The notes below the pieces were generated by a model. That model was not told the origin of the DNA. It made no database searches and saw only the letters and a list, made by a program, of their open reading frames with translations. Made by a program: the position numbers and the translations under genes. A DNA stretch of 36,201 bases, taken from NCBI GenBank assembly GCA_030672375.1, contig DAOVGP010000010.1:1-36201 (forward strand), given 5' to 3'. Below are positions 17,722 through 26,486 of this stretch, in pieces (position 1 is the first letter of the stretch; each line of letters opens with the position of its first letter). This DNA is from Candidatus Aenigmatarchaeota archaeon (GTDB taxonomy: Archaea > Aenigmatarchaeota > Aenigmatarchaeia > CG10238-14).

Positions 17722-20700
17722 TAATTCCACCTTTTTGTATTTTTGAGGGGTCCAATCCGTCCTCTCCTGGGACGAACTGTACTATTTTTTTAGCACTATC
17801 CCTGACAGTACCGTCGTACTCAACTTTCAAGTCCTGTAGTGCTCCGATCAATCTTCTCTCCAAATAACCACTATGTCTCGTTTTCAGAGATTTATCCATC
17901 AAACCTTCTCTACTGTTCATAGCATCAAAGAAGAACTCGAATGGATTTAAACCTTGCTTATAACCATTCTTCACGAAACCTTTTGATTCCAAACTTATAT
18001 CACCATGCTTGAAATGTGGAAAAGTTCTCCCAAAGTAACCAATCTTTATTCTTTGTCCTTTTATCGTCTCTTGACCTATACAAGCTGCAGTTTGAACAAA
18101 ATTTATCATGCTACCTCTCGCACCACTCCTTGCCATTATAACAGTATTGTTCATAGGAATCTGTTTCTCTACAACATTTGCAATTCTATTCAAACAATCA
18201 GCAAGTTTCCTTTGAATGAGTACTTCTAAACTGTCCCTGGGTGTTCTCCCAATTAAAACTTTTATTTTTCCTCTCTTAAAATCTGTGATTATTTTGTTTA
18301 CTTCTTGTCTTACATCGTTTATTATTTTATCTATCTTCTTGAGTGTATTCTCACTCAAATCATGATCAGAAAGTGAAATCGAAAAGCCTTGTTCTGTCAA
18401 GAATTTTAGAGCAAGCCTTGTGATGCTGAATAGAAACTCTTTCATAAATTTATGCCCGTATATCTTATCCATTTCATCCAGTATTTTTCCACTGAATGCA
18501 GCTACACTTTTCTTATCTATAGTTCCAGTTATGAGCTGACCTTTTTTTATGACAACATACGAATCATAAGGACACTTCTCCTTCATACATTTCGAACAGC
18601 CTATACAACATTCTGCTTTGTAACTCATGTTGAAATCTTTAGGTAGAAACAGACTGAACACTTCTTTACCAGTAAAAGTTTTCTTTTCTGGAATGTCTAT
18701 GTTTGGGTTACATGATTTTACCAATTGTACAACTTCCTTTCTTGTAAATTCTCGATGACCATGAGTCAACAAATACAAAGATGTTATATGATCTTTACTG
18801 CATCCAATTATAGGACCACTAAACCTTGGACTCCTAATATGATTGGGTACATCCATTAAAAGTTTTATCTCTGCCTGTGCTTCTTCTGCTTGTGGAACAT
18901 GCAAGTTCATTTCATCCCCATCGAAGTCAGCGTTATAGGGTGGACAAACAACAAGATTTAGCCTGAATGTTTTGTAAGGCATTACCCTAACTTTATGCCC
19001 CATCATACTCATTCTATGTAGAGAAGGTTGTCTGTTGAACAGTGCCCAATCACCATCTTCTAACTGTTTTTCAACGACGAATCCTGGTTCAATTTCTTTC
19101 GAAATTTCTTCTTTGTTTATTTCACTGATTCTTTTTTTCATACCGTCTGATCTTATTATGTAATTCACAGTTGGCCATTCTGGGTATCGGTTAATCAATG
19201 TTTTTATATATTCAATATTTTTTTCATTGACAACGATTGAAGTAGTTAACTCCTTTGCTATTTCTATAGGGACACCCACTTCATTAACATCGAGTAAAGG
19301 ATCAGGACTTATGACAGTCCTAGCTGAGTAATTGACCCTCTTTCCGATTAAATTATGCCTGAATCTTCCTTCTTTTGTCTTTAATCTCTGTGTTAAAGTT
19401 TTTAAAATTCTTCCAGATCTATGTCTGGCTGGTGGTACCCCAGAAAGTTCATTATTAATATAGGTCGCAACATGATACTGAACAAGTTCCCACAGATCTT
19501 GAATGATAAAATCAGGTGCACCTAAATCTATATTTTCTGCCAATCTCTTGTTTATTCTCACAATATCAACTAGTTTATGTGTTAAGTCATCCTCTGACCT
19601 TTCACCCGTTTCAAGTGTTATGGAAGGTCTGACTGTTACAGGTGGTATCGGTAAAAGAGTTATAATGAATAACTCTGGTCTAACTTTTCTTAAACCAAGA
19701 TAAATCAAATCTGAGTCTGGTATTTTTTCTAATTTTTCTCTAACTTGGATTGAATTTAAAATAGTACTGCCTTCAATGAAACTGGTCGGCTTCAAAAATT
19801 TTACCTTCTTTTGTGGTGTTCCACAATGAGGACATTTGCTTTTAACTAAGGCCTTTAATCTCTTGAATGATTTCTTTTTAGAAATGAATTTTTCCATACC
19901 ACCTTGATCTAAAAGAACTCTGCCACAATTTTGACAAGTTGTCTTTAATATGTTATAAATCAACTTTGCATAAAGAACATGAATAACGGGTCTTACAAGT
20001 TCTAAATATCCAAAATGTCCGGGACACTCACCAACAGTCCCAGCACACGCCCTGCATCTTAAACCAGGATCGATGACACCCAATCTAGGATCCATCAGAC
20101 CACCTTCTATTGGATAACCTTCTTGGTCGTAAAGGTCTGTCTTGTTTATTTTTGCAGCAGACATTTTTTTTATCGTCTCAGAACCCAAGACTCCAAATAC
20201 TATCTTTTCTAAAGTGTTATCCTTGCTGACTACTATTTTTGGATATATCAACATACTTTTCAATTCATCCATCAGAAGTTTGAACGCATAAGACATTTCA
20301 ACATCATCAACTTTAGATTCACCACACACAGGACAATATTTTTTATTCTTTATTCTATCATGAATTGCAATCAATCCACAATCTTTGCATATAGGTATGC
20401 TTGTCTTATCAGAACCAAATCTTTCTTTGAGGACAAGGGTGGCACCCTGTGCAATCAAACAATCTTTTTCCATCTCCCCTAACCTTAACCCACCCCTTTT
20501 AGACTTTCCTTCTGTAGGTTGCTTGGTTAAAAGTGTAACTGGACCTCTTGATCTGGCATGAATCTTATTTGAAACCAGATGATCTAATTTTTGATAAAAA
20601 ACGTTTCCCACAAATATCTGACCAGTTAATTTTTTGCCAGTTTGACCGTCATAAAATGTTTCCTTTCCATCGCCCCTAAAACCATGCTCTTCAAGAGTTC

Positions 20701-22012
20701 TCCTAAGTCCTGATTCGGAAAGGGAATGAAACGCGGGACTACTCAATCTTTCACCTTTCATAGCAGAAACCTTTCCAGCTAATATCTCCAATAATTGACC
20801 TATGGTCATCCTAGAAGGGATACCATGAGGGTTGAATATTATATCTGGAACTACCCCGTCTTCCGTGAATGGCATGTTTTCTTGAGGAACTATTAGGCCT
20901 ACAACACCTTTTTGTCCATGTCTACTAGCAAATTTATCACCAATTTCTGGTTTTTTCAAATCTCTTAGGATTACCTTTACCAGTTTACTGCCATTTTTAC
21001 TTTCTGTTATGAAGACTCTATCGACTATTCCCTCTTCACCGTGTCTTAATTTGACTGAAGTTTCTCTAATATTCTCCAAGCCTGTTATGAATTGATCGAG
21101 AGAACCGAGGAATCTCAAGGGTGATACTTTTCCGATGAGTACTTCATCAGATTTAACCTTTGTCCCAGGGTTGATGATCCCGTCTTCTGGTAGATGTTTA
21201 TAAGCATCTTCTCCAGGATATCCTCTTATACCTGGTTCTGGAACCCCGATGATATCTTCTTGACCTCCCATGTATCTCTTTTTTTCAGCTTCGTATGACC
21301 TGAACAAATAAGACCAGAATAAACCTCTTTCTATGGACGATTTATTCATTACTATTGCATCATCCATATTGTACCCCTCAAAGGACATTATCGCGATGAC
21401 TATGTTTTGACCACCAGAATGGTTCTCATCTTTTAGAACGTCGTTAATATGTGTCTTGACGAGCGATACTTGTGGGTCAATTAATATATTAGATTTTGTA
21501 TCAGTTCTCATTGGAAAATTCAAAGAGTACATACCAATAGCTTGACCTACCATCTTTGCTCCAAAGTTTACTCTATCTCCACGATCAAATTCTGGGAAAG
21601 GAACCAATGATGTAGATAGTCCAAATATTGTTACAGGATCCAATTCCAGATGTGTATGCTCTTTTGTCAAATCCCCTGGTTCTAATGCTACATAAGTATT
21701 TTCTTCTTCTTCTGCATCTAGGTATTCAATAACACCTTCTTTTATTAAACCAGACCAACTCATCTTCTTCTTTTTTATCTTTTCGATATGTTCTCTAGTG
21801 AGTTTTGGTTTACCATTCTCTACGACTATCAAAGGACGCCTCGCTCTCCCAGAATCAGTAAGTATTTTTATCGTATCCAAATGTTCCAAATGGGCAACAT
21901 TCACTTGATCAGAAATCTGTCCCTTTCTCCTTTTCTCTCTGATCAAATTTACGATTTTCTCTGGCTTTTCAGTCGTTCCAACGAATTTTCCACCTAAAAA
22001 TACATCAATCAT
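17687..22012 (-). CDS. Fused DNA-directed RNA polymerase subunits B' (residues about 1-598) and A' (residues about 600-1441) in one ORF
   Basis: The B' part has [27 protein letters not shown] and a Zn ribbon (CKDCG...CPVCG). After ...[20 protein letters not shown] the frame runs straight into the A' N-terminus: [44 protein letters not shown], then [15 protein letters not shown]. There is no stop codon or plausible internal start at the junction (about 20183-20242). Confidence 0.85.
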   Translation of the reverse strand: MIDVFLGGKFVGTTEKPEKIVNLIREKRRKGQISDQVNVAHLEHLDTIKILTDSGRARRPLIVVENGKPKLTREHIEKIKKKKMSWSGLIKEGVIEYLDAEEEENTYVALEPGDLTKEHTHLELDPVTIFGLSTSLVPFPEFDRGDRVNFGAKMVGQAIGMYSLNFPMRTDTKSNILIDPQVSLVKTHINDVLKDENHSGGQNIVIAIMSFEGYNMDDAIVMNKSSIERGLFWSYLFRSYEAEKKRYMGGQEDIIGVPEPGIRGYPGEDAYKHLPEDGIINPGTKVKSDEVLIGKVSPLRFLGSLDQFITGLENIRETSVKLRHGEEGIVDRVFITESKNGSKLVKVILRDLKKPEIGDKFASRHGQKGVVGLIVPQENMPFTEDGVVPDIIFNPHGIPSRMTIGQLLEILAGKVSAMKGERLSSPAFHSLSESGLRRTLEEHGFRGDGKETFYDGQTGKKLTGQIFVGNVFYQKLDHLVSNKIHARSRGPVTLLTKQPTEGKSKRGGLRLGEMEKDCLIAQGATLVLKERFGSDKTSIPICKDCGLIAIHDRIKNKKYCPVCGESKVDDVEMSYAFKLLMDELKSMLIYPKIVVSKDNTLEKIVFGVLGSETIKKMSAAKINKTDLYDQEGYPIEGGLMDPRLGVIDPGLRCRACAGTVGECPGHFGYLELVRPVIHVLYAKLIYNILKTTCQNCGRVLLDQGGMEKFISKKKSFKRLKALVKSKCPHCGTPQKKVKFLKPTSFIEGSTILNSIQVREKLEKIPDSDLIYLGLRKVRPELFIITLLPIPPVTVRPSITLETGERSEDDLTHKLVDIVRINKRLAENIDLGAPDFIIQDLWELVQYHVATYINNELSGVPPARHRSGRILKTLTQRLKTKEGRFRHNLIGKRVNYSARTVISPDPLLDVNEVGVPIEIAKELTTSIVVNEKNIEYIKTLINRYPEWPTVNYIIRSDGMKKRISEINKEEISKEIEPGFVVEKQLEDGDWALFNRQPSLHRMSMMGHKVRVMPYKTFRLNLVVCPPYNADFDGDEMNLHVPQAEEAQAEIKLLMDVPNHIRSPRFSGPIIGCSKDHITSLYLLTHGHREFTRKEVVQLVKSCNPNIDIPEKKTFTGKEVFSLFLPKDFNMSYKAECCIGCSKCMKEKCPYDSYVVIKKGQLITGTIDKKSVAAFSGKILDEMDKIYGHKFMKEFLFSITRLALKFLTEQGFSISLSDHDLSENTLKKIDKIINDVRQEVNKIITDFKRGKIKVLIGRTPRDSLEVLIQRKLADCLNRIANVVEKQIPMNNTVIMARSGARGSMINFVQTAACIGQETIKGQRIKIGYFGRTFPHFKHGDISLESKGFVKNGYKQGLNPFEFFFDAMNSREGLMDKSLKTRHSGYLERRLIGALQDLKVEYDGTVRDSAKKIVQFVPGEDGLDPSKIQKGGINVEKIADRIFG

Positions 22013-22013
22013 A

Positions 22014-23498
22014 CTAACTCTCCAAATTCTTTTTAATTAGGTTGTATGTCTGTTTGATTTCCTTCTCAGATCTACCTGTAGTTATCTGGGACATTACCGA
22101 TAGATATTTTCTCAAACCGATTGTCGCTCCTTCTGGTGTTTGTGATGGATCTATTCTTCCCCAATGCGTCGGGTGTAACTCTCTCGCTTCGAAATGTTCT
22201 TGTGTAGATGTTAAAGGAGATAGAATATTTCTCATATGAGATAGAGTTTTTATATAACTACTTCTCTCTAACCTTTGAGAGACACCTGTCCTTCCTCCAA
22301 CCCAAGCCCCTATTGCTAAGGCAGATAATATCTGATTTGTCAGGACATTTGCTTCAACTATAGCTTGTAAGGGAGGGAATCTACCTCTTTTGGTTAATTT
22401 TTGATAGTTATATGTGATTCTTGTTATCAGTCCCCACTTTCCTAATAGTATAGACCTGAACAGAATTTCAAGTAAATCTCCAGATAATCTTAAACGTTTA
22501 TTAGAATAATGATCCAAATCATCCTCTGGAATTTTATTCAAATGAAAGAGTAAAATTTTGTTTACAGCTTTAGAAAGGAATATGGCTTTATTAAGCCTAT
22601 CTGCCTTATCCTGGCCCAAGTGTGGTAGTAGATATCTATCTATGAGTCTTGCAACTCTCTCTCTTCTATATTCTTTTTGTGGTATCCTGATGTGCCCACC
22701 TATCTCATCTATAGCTTCCTTTGCTGTTGACGATTCACTCTCGAACAAGTTGGGATAGAACTCTTCTTGGATCTCTGGATTTAGAGATATTGCATTAATT
22801 ATATCTTTATCGGATTCTAACCCTAAAGCCCTCAACAGAATGACTATCGATAAGTTGCTGATGTTAGCGAAGTTTATCCTGACAACTCCGTCTGTTTTTC
22901 TCTGTATCACATGCCTCTGGATGTATCCGTCTTTTTGTGAGTGAATTCTTGCACTTTCTGTTACATTTGGGATATTAGATTTTTCGACTATAATTCGATT
23001 TGGAGCAATTTCCTCTATTAAAACCAAGACTCTCTCAGTTCCATTTATGATGAAGTAACTACCTGGATCATCAGGACTTTCTCCGGCTTCTATTAATTCT
23101 CTCGTAGTCATTTTGGATAGAGGACAGTATTTTGATTTTAACATAATTGGCAAATCTCCAAAATTAACCCATATTGTTTCACTTTCAATTTCGTTCAGGA
23201 TTGGCGTCATTTCAACGTACATTGGAGCTGCATAAGTTAAGTTTCTAATCCTTGCCTCTAATGGTAAAATATTCCTAACAGAACCATCTGCCTCTTTGAC
23301 AGAAGGTACACCTAATTTGAATTTTCCAAGTTTTATCTTGAATTCACCTAAATCAGGGACTTCGGGTTTTATCTCTTTTATTTGTTTTATTATATTATGA
23401 ATCCTTCTATCCACAAAAGCATTAAAAGAGTCTATCTGAAACTTTACGAAACCTTGCTCATCAGCGAACGAACCCAAAAGTACTTTAAATCCATCCAT
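22014..23498 (-). CDS. rpoB2: DNA-directed RNA polymerase subunit B'' (N-terminal half of the split B)
   Basis: About 494 aa from the ATG at 23498 (the track extends to a GTG at 23507). The N-terminus FQIDSFNAFVD... is typical of Rpb2. One nt separates its stop codon from the ATG of the B'-A' ORF. Confidence 0.9.
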   Translation of the reverse strand: MDGFKVLLGSFADEQGFVKFQIDSFNAFVDRRIHNIIKQIKEIKPEVPDLGEFKIKLGKFKLGVPSVKEADGSVRNILPLEARIRNLTYAAPMYVEMTPILNEIESETIWVNFGDLPIMLKSKYCPLSKMTTRELIEAGESPDDPGSYFIINGTERVLVLIEEIAPNRIIVEKSNIPNVTESARIHSQKDGYIQRHVIQRKTDGVVRINFANISNLSIVILLRALGLESDKDIINAISLNPEIQEEFYPNLFESESSTAKEAIDEIGGHIRIPQKEYRRERVARLIDRYLLPHLGQDKADRLNKAIFLSKAVNKILLFHLNKIPEDDLDHYSNKRLRLSGDLLEILFRSILLGKWGLITRITYNYQKLTKRGRFPPLQAIVEANVLTNQILSALAIGAWVGGRTGVSQRLERSSYIKTLSHMRNILSPLTSTQEHFEARELHPTHWGRIDPSQTPEGATIGLRKYLSVMSQITTGRSEKEIKQTYNLIKKNLES

Positions 23499-23500
23499 TT

Positions 23501-23746
23501 TTAACACTCTATTACGATTCTATAATAAACCGATTCTTTTGTTGCTTCACTCTTTCTGATTATCTTGATGAGGTCGCCAACTTTTGCAGCTAAAGCACAA
23601 GCGATAGGATCTGACTTCAATAACTTGGGAAATTGGCTCATTTTTTTTATTCCATACTTCTTAATAACATCATTTTTTTCATCTTCCGAGAGAATTATAT
23701 GTTTAGGAACTATTTTATGGTCAAATATGTTTATCTTATTCTTCAC
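23501..23746 (-). CDS. rpoH: DNA-directed RNA polymerase subunit H (Rpb5-like)
   Basis: 81 aa. DHKIVPKHIILSEDE...FPKLLKSDPIA...GDLIKIIRKS...YYRIV is the RpoH pattern. The start is GTG, preceded by a GGTGA Shine-Dalgarno sequence. Confidence 0.87.
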   Translation of the reverse strand: MKNKINIFDHKIVPKHIILSEDEKNDVIKKYGIKKMSQFPKLLKSDPIACALAAKVGDLIKIIRKSEATKESVYYRIVIEC

Positions 23747-23757
23747 ACTATCACCTA

Positions 23758-23852
23758 CGCCCTGAAGGGGATTTGAACCCCTGTCCCGGGAGTGACAGTC
23801 CCGGAATCTACAACATTTAACGTTTTGATAGACCGAGCTACACCATCAGGGC
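23758..23852 (-). tRNA. tRNA-Asp (anticodon GUC) with a roughly 20-nt non-canonical intron in the D-arm region (about 23806-23825)
   Basis: The reverse complement has acceptor stem GCCCTGA/TCAGGGC, discriminator G73, anticodon arm CGGGA-CTGTCAC-TCCCG and T-arm AGGGG-TTCAAAT-CCCCT. The gene is 95 nt against about 75 expected. The extra 20 nt lie between the D-loop and the anticodon stem, inside a helix-bulge-helix-bulge-helix fold. CCA is not encoded. Confidence 0.75.
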
Positions 23853-23874
23853 TTATGTAAAAACTATCGAATAG

Positions 23875-23882
23875 AAATTTAA
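23875..23882 (-). promoter_or_regulatory. Candidate TATA box (TTAAATTT) about 23-30 nt upstream of tRNA-Asp
   Basis: The position relative to tRNA nt 1 fits archaeal TATA spacing. The sequence context is AT-rich, so specificity is low. Confidence 0.3.
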
Positions 23883-23884
23883 CC

Positions 23885-23889
23885 AAAAA
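23885..23889 (-). terminator. Oligo-T tract (TTTTT) about 50 nt downstream of the 5S rRNA
   Basis: The minus strand reads CCCCAATTTTTGG between the 5S gene and the tRNA-Asp TATA candidate. Archaeal terminators are typically oligo-T runs. Confidence 0.25.
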
Positions 23890-23938
23890 TTGGGGATGGG
23901 AAGTAAATTTTCTGATCAATAATGGGTCACCATCAAAT

Positions 23939-24079
23939 GGGTTGACAACGTCCTGGGTTTCCCGCCCGAGGGCAGTACAGTCCAGATCACTGGAGAGTTT
24001 AACTTTCACGCAGTCTTTATAGACTGTTCCGTGTTCGGGATGGGAACGGGTATTTCCCCTCCGTTTTGGTCGTCAACCC
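23939..24079 (-). rRNA. rrf: 5S rRNA gene, 141 nt, interrupted by a 23-nt insertion
   Basis: The reverse complement starts GGGTTGACGACC and ends GTTGTCAACCC (helix I). It contains the universal 5S string ACCCGTTCCCATCCCGAACACGGA...AGTTAAACTCTCC. Ends are uncertain by about 2 nt. Confidence 0.88.
24005..24027 (-). other. Putative BHB-bounded mini-intron (or hairpin insertion) within the 5S rRNA gene
   Basis: The minus strand reads CACG-GAA-CAGTCT-ATAA-AGACTG-CGTG-AAA. This is a 4-bp helix (CACG/CGTG) flanked by two 3-nt bulges on opposite strands, plus a 6-bp inner hairpin. Removing ACAGTCTATAAAGACTGCGTGAA restores the consensus CACGGAAGTTAAAC. Confidence 0.55.
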
Positions 24080-24100
24080 ATAAATTATTATATTCAGCTT

Positions 24101-24108
24101 TATTTAAA
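24101..24108 (-). promoter_or_regulatory. Candidate TATA box (TTTAAATA) at about -22 to -29 relative to the 5S rRNA 5' end
   Basis: The sequence and spacing are TATA-like, and the element lies in the 89-nt spacer between tRNA-Tyr and 5S. Confidence 0.35.
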
Positions 24109-24168
24109 CTTGATGATATTCACAATCTTTATTCACAAAAACTTAAATAATTATCGGAAATGTTAGAA

Positions 24169-24283
24169 TCCCCGGAGCCGGATTTGAACCAGCAACCTAT
24201 CGGTATCTTTCGAGCGATTGCTAACGATCAAGTACCATAGTACTCGACTACAGCCGATCGCTCTACCATTGAGCTATCCGGGG
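24169..24283 (-). tRNA. tRNA-Tyr (anticodon GUA) with a 43-nt canonical (37/38) intron at 24205-24247
   Basis: The reverse complement folds as CCCCGGA-TA-GCTC-AATGGTA-GAGC-G-ATCGG-CTGTAG[43 nt]A-CCGAT-AGGTT-GCTGG-TTCAAAT-CCGGC-TCCGGGG-A. The C1:G72 pair is the archaeal tRNA-Tyr hallmark. A BHB fold is present with bulges AGT and ATA around the helix CTGT/AAAG (one G.A mismatch) and an inner helix CGAG/CTCG. Confidence 0.85.
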
Positions 24284-24308
24284 CTATTTATAAGAAATAT
24301 AGATAATA

Positions 24309-25727
24309 TTATTTAACTCTTCCCATGATGCTGACAGTCTTCGAAAGAATTCTTCTTTTCTTACCTTTCTTTGTCTTATATATTACATGAGCTTTAGGTA
24401 ATTTCAACTTACCAAGAATATCGATGGTTGGTTTAATCCTATATGATAAAACTCGCTCTTCCTTGGGACTCAACTCTTTTATTTTCCATGTTAATTCTGT
24501 TCCACTTTCCTTTCTTTTTAAGCTGGGTACTAGTGTGTCAAATTTCTTCACAACGGCAGCTAAGGGAGGAACAGAATCATGAACAATTATATCTTTAATT
24601 GTCTTTCTTTGTCTGTTCTTCAAATTCAATGAAATGGTAATCTCCCTTCCTTCAGTCAATAATCCCATATAACTCTTCCTTAACTGTGGACGGAAGAATA
24701 GCCAAACTACCCACACGATAATTATAATAAGTAGACATGAAACTAGAACCAGATTTGTGAAACGAAGTTGATAAGTTATAGTTATACTCTCTGTCGGGGC
24801 TAATTTTTTGATCAACCATGTATAGACAATTCTATTACCCTTTTCTTCTTGTTGAATGGGCTCGATTTCTGGATAAAAAAAGTTCTTTGAGATTAGTGGT
24901 AAAGACTCTGTCACGTAAAAATCAGACTCTACTACATTTCCGTTGTTAGTTATCTTGACTGTTATAGTACTATACAGAATACTATTCTCAGTTCTTTTTT
25001 CCTCGTCTATCTTATGGACAGCTTCTATGTTAAAACTAATTGTTCTTTCATCCAACACTTTGTTTAATTTATTCTTCAAGACAACATCTACTTCATACTC
25101 TCCCGCTATATTCCTTATGTCTAACCCGAAACTATTCGTTAATGTCTCTATACTAGCAGGTGATATCGAAAATGAATCTTCGAATTTTTTTACGATAGAG
25201 TTGTCCCTTAAAATCTTTGTCGTAACAAAAACTTCTGCTGATTCTTTTCTGTTTATGTTTGTGATGACTGGTTGTATAGTTACTATTTCACCGGGTCTAA
25301 ATATTTGTTTATTGATCTTGACCTCCGATAAAAAGACGCTCGTTGTCCTTAATATTTTGAAATTCATTTCTTTAGACAATGAAATATTATGGTCGACTGA
25401 TCTAACTGTAAATGTGTAAACAACCATTCCTTCTTCTGCATCGATAGGTGGTCTTAAAAATAATGATACGTTCCCTACTTCGTCAGGTCTTAAAGTCATC
25501 CAATATCTTTCCAAACTAACCCAATAAGTTGGCCATACAGAAAAGTAGAAAGTATCTATCTTGTCTCCATTATTCTTCACCAGTATTTCCAGAGACTTGG
25601 ATTTATCAGTATATAATATGGTTGTTTTTTCTGGAGATACGATCTCTATATTTTGGGCATGAACTGAATCAATGAGTAATAAAATGATGAACAAACTTGA
25701 AACAGTAATAATAAATTTAGTATTCAT
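24309..25727 (-). CDS. Putative surface/membrane protein: signal peptide, beta-sandwich (CARDB/DUF11-like) repeats, one internal TM helix, basic C-terminal domain
   Basis: 472 aa. The N-terminal signal is MNTKFIITVSSLFIILLLIDSVHA, followed by repeated beta-rich segments and the TM helix LVLVSCLLIIIIVWVVWLFF. The family assignment rests on pattern only. Confidence 0.55.
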   Translation of the reverse strand: MNTKFIITVSSLFIILLLIDSVHAQNIEIVSPEKTTILYTDKSKSLEILVKNNGDKIDTFYFSVWPTYWVSLERYWMTLRPDEVGNVSLFLRPPIDAEEGMVVYTFTVRSVDHNISLSKEMNFKILRTTSVFLSEVKINKQIFRPGEIVTIQPVITNINRKESAEVFVTTKILRDNSIVKKFEDSFSISPASIETLTNSFGLDIRNIAGEYEVDVVLKNKLNKVLDERTISFNIEAVHKIDEEKRTENSILYSTITVKITNNGNVVESDFYVTESLPLISKNFFYPEIEPIQQEEKGNRIVYTWLIKKLAPTESITITYQLRFTNLVLVSCLLIIIIVWVVWLFFRPQLRKSYMGLLTEGREITISLNLKNRQRKTIKDIIVHDSVPPLAAVVKKFDTLVPSLKRKESGTELTWKIKELSPKEERVLSYRIKPTIDILGKLKLPKAHVIYKTKKGKKRRILSKTVSIMGRVK

Positions 25728-25783
25728 AACTCACCACTATAATTATTAACCCTATTTATAAATTTAAATTCACTCTAACAATT

Positions 25784-26422
25784 TTAGATTTTTTTATGAT
25801 TTATTTTTTCCTTGATTTTTTTAACATGTTCTTCTAAAGGTCTTATCTTTAATTTCCATTCTTCTCCATAGTGTTCAAACCAGGAAAAATGTTTCCCATA
25901 TTTATCTGCCCAAGTTATTCTTTCGAATGGTATCCTTGACGATTTGGTTGGTTTTTCGTACGATATCGGAAAGCCCAATGTTATGGCGGCAATAGGTCTT
26001 AGTCTTTCGGGAATATTTAGAATGTTCTTAACTTCTTCTTCATCGAACGCACCGACCCAACATGCACCAAGACCTAAATCATTCGCGGCCAAAAGCATAT
26101 TCTCTATTGCAGCAGCAGTGTCCTGAATACAGTATAAAGTCTTTCCACGTTCACCATATCTATCCCCACTCTTTTCTGGATCCGCACATATCACTATTAC
26201 AACTGGTGCATTTTTTACATGATTTTGTCTCAAAGACGCTGTAGCTAGCTCTTCCTTTATTTTTTCATCCTTAACAACTATAAACTCCCACGGCTGCATA
26301 TTCCCTGCAGATGGGGCTTGTATGCCCGCATATATTATTCGACCTACAAATTCATCCGGAATATCTTTTTTTTCATATCTTCTCACAGAGTGTCTTGACT
26401 CAATACAATCAAACACTTCCAT
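25784..26422 (-). CDS. Nitroreductase-family FMN oxidoreductase
   Basis: 212 aa. RHSVRRY...P, APSAGNMQPWEFIVV and a later GLGACWVG segment are characteristic of the family. Confidence 0.82.
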   Translation of the reverse strand: MEVFDCIESRHSVRRYEKKDIPDEFVGRIIYAGIQAPSAGNMQPWEFIVVKDEKIKEELATASLRQNHVKNAPVVIVICADPEKSGDRYGERGKTLYCIQDTAAAIENMLLAANDLGLGACWVGAFDEEEVKNILNIPERLRPIAAITLGFPISYEKPTKSSRIPFERITWADKYGKHFSWFEHYGEEWKLKIRPLEEHVKKIKEKINHKKI

Positions 26423-26486
26423 TCATCCACCTAAATCAAATTTTAACTGATAAAATTATAAATCTATGTAGAAAAATCTTGATTAC

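Noticed and set aside
17687-17730. Possible programmed frameshift at the rpoA'/rpoA'' overlap
   Set aside because: The 35-44-nt overlap is explained by an ordinary ATG (17721) with a normal A'' N-terminus. Overlapping starts and stops are common throughout this window, and no slippery-site logic is needed.
12340-22012. Inteins in EF-2, RpoA'/A'' or RpoB'
   Set aside because: Protein lengths match the intein-free forms, conserved motifs are contiguous, and I saw no Cys/Ser...HN splice-junction blocks.
1208-22758. About 35 short ORFs of 60-160 aa nested inside or antisense to the large conserved genes in this span (for example 1208-1486, 2958-3408, 8199-8483, 11816-12163, 14988-15359, 16670-16960, 18005-18229, 22042-22239); a few more (for example 24943-25419) lie just beyond it
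   Set aside because: All lie within strongly supported genes on another frame or strand, have odd compositions typical of AT-rich antisense frames, and match no recognisable motifs.
23755-24009. 84-aa ORF in the six-frame track
   Set aside because: It lies entirely over the tRNA-Asp gene, the spacer and the 3' part of the 5S rRNA gene. The RNA genes explain the sequence, so the ORF is an artefact.
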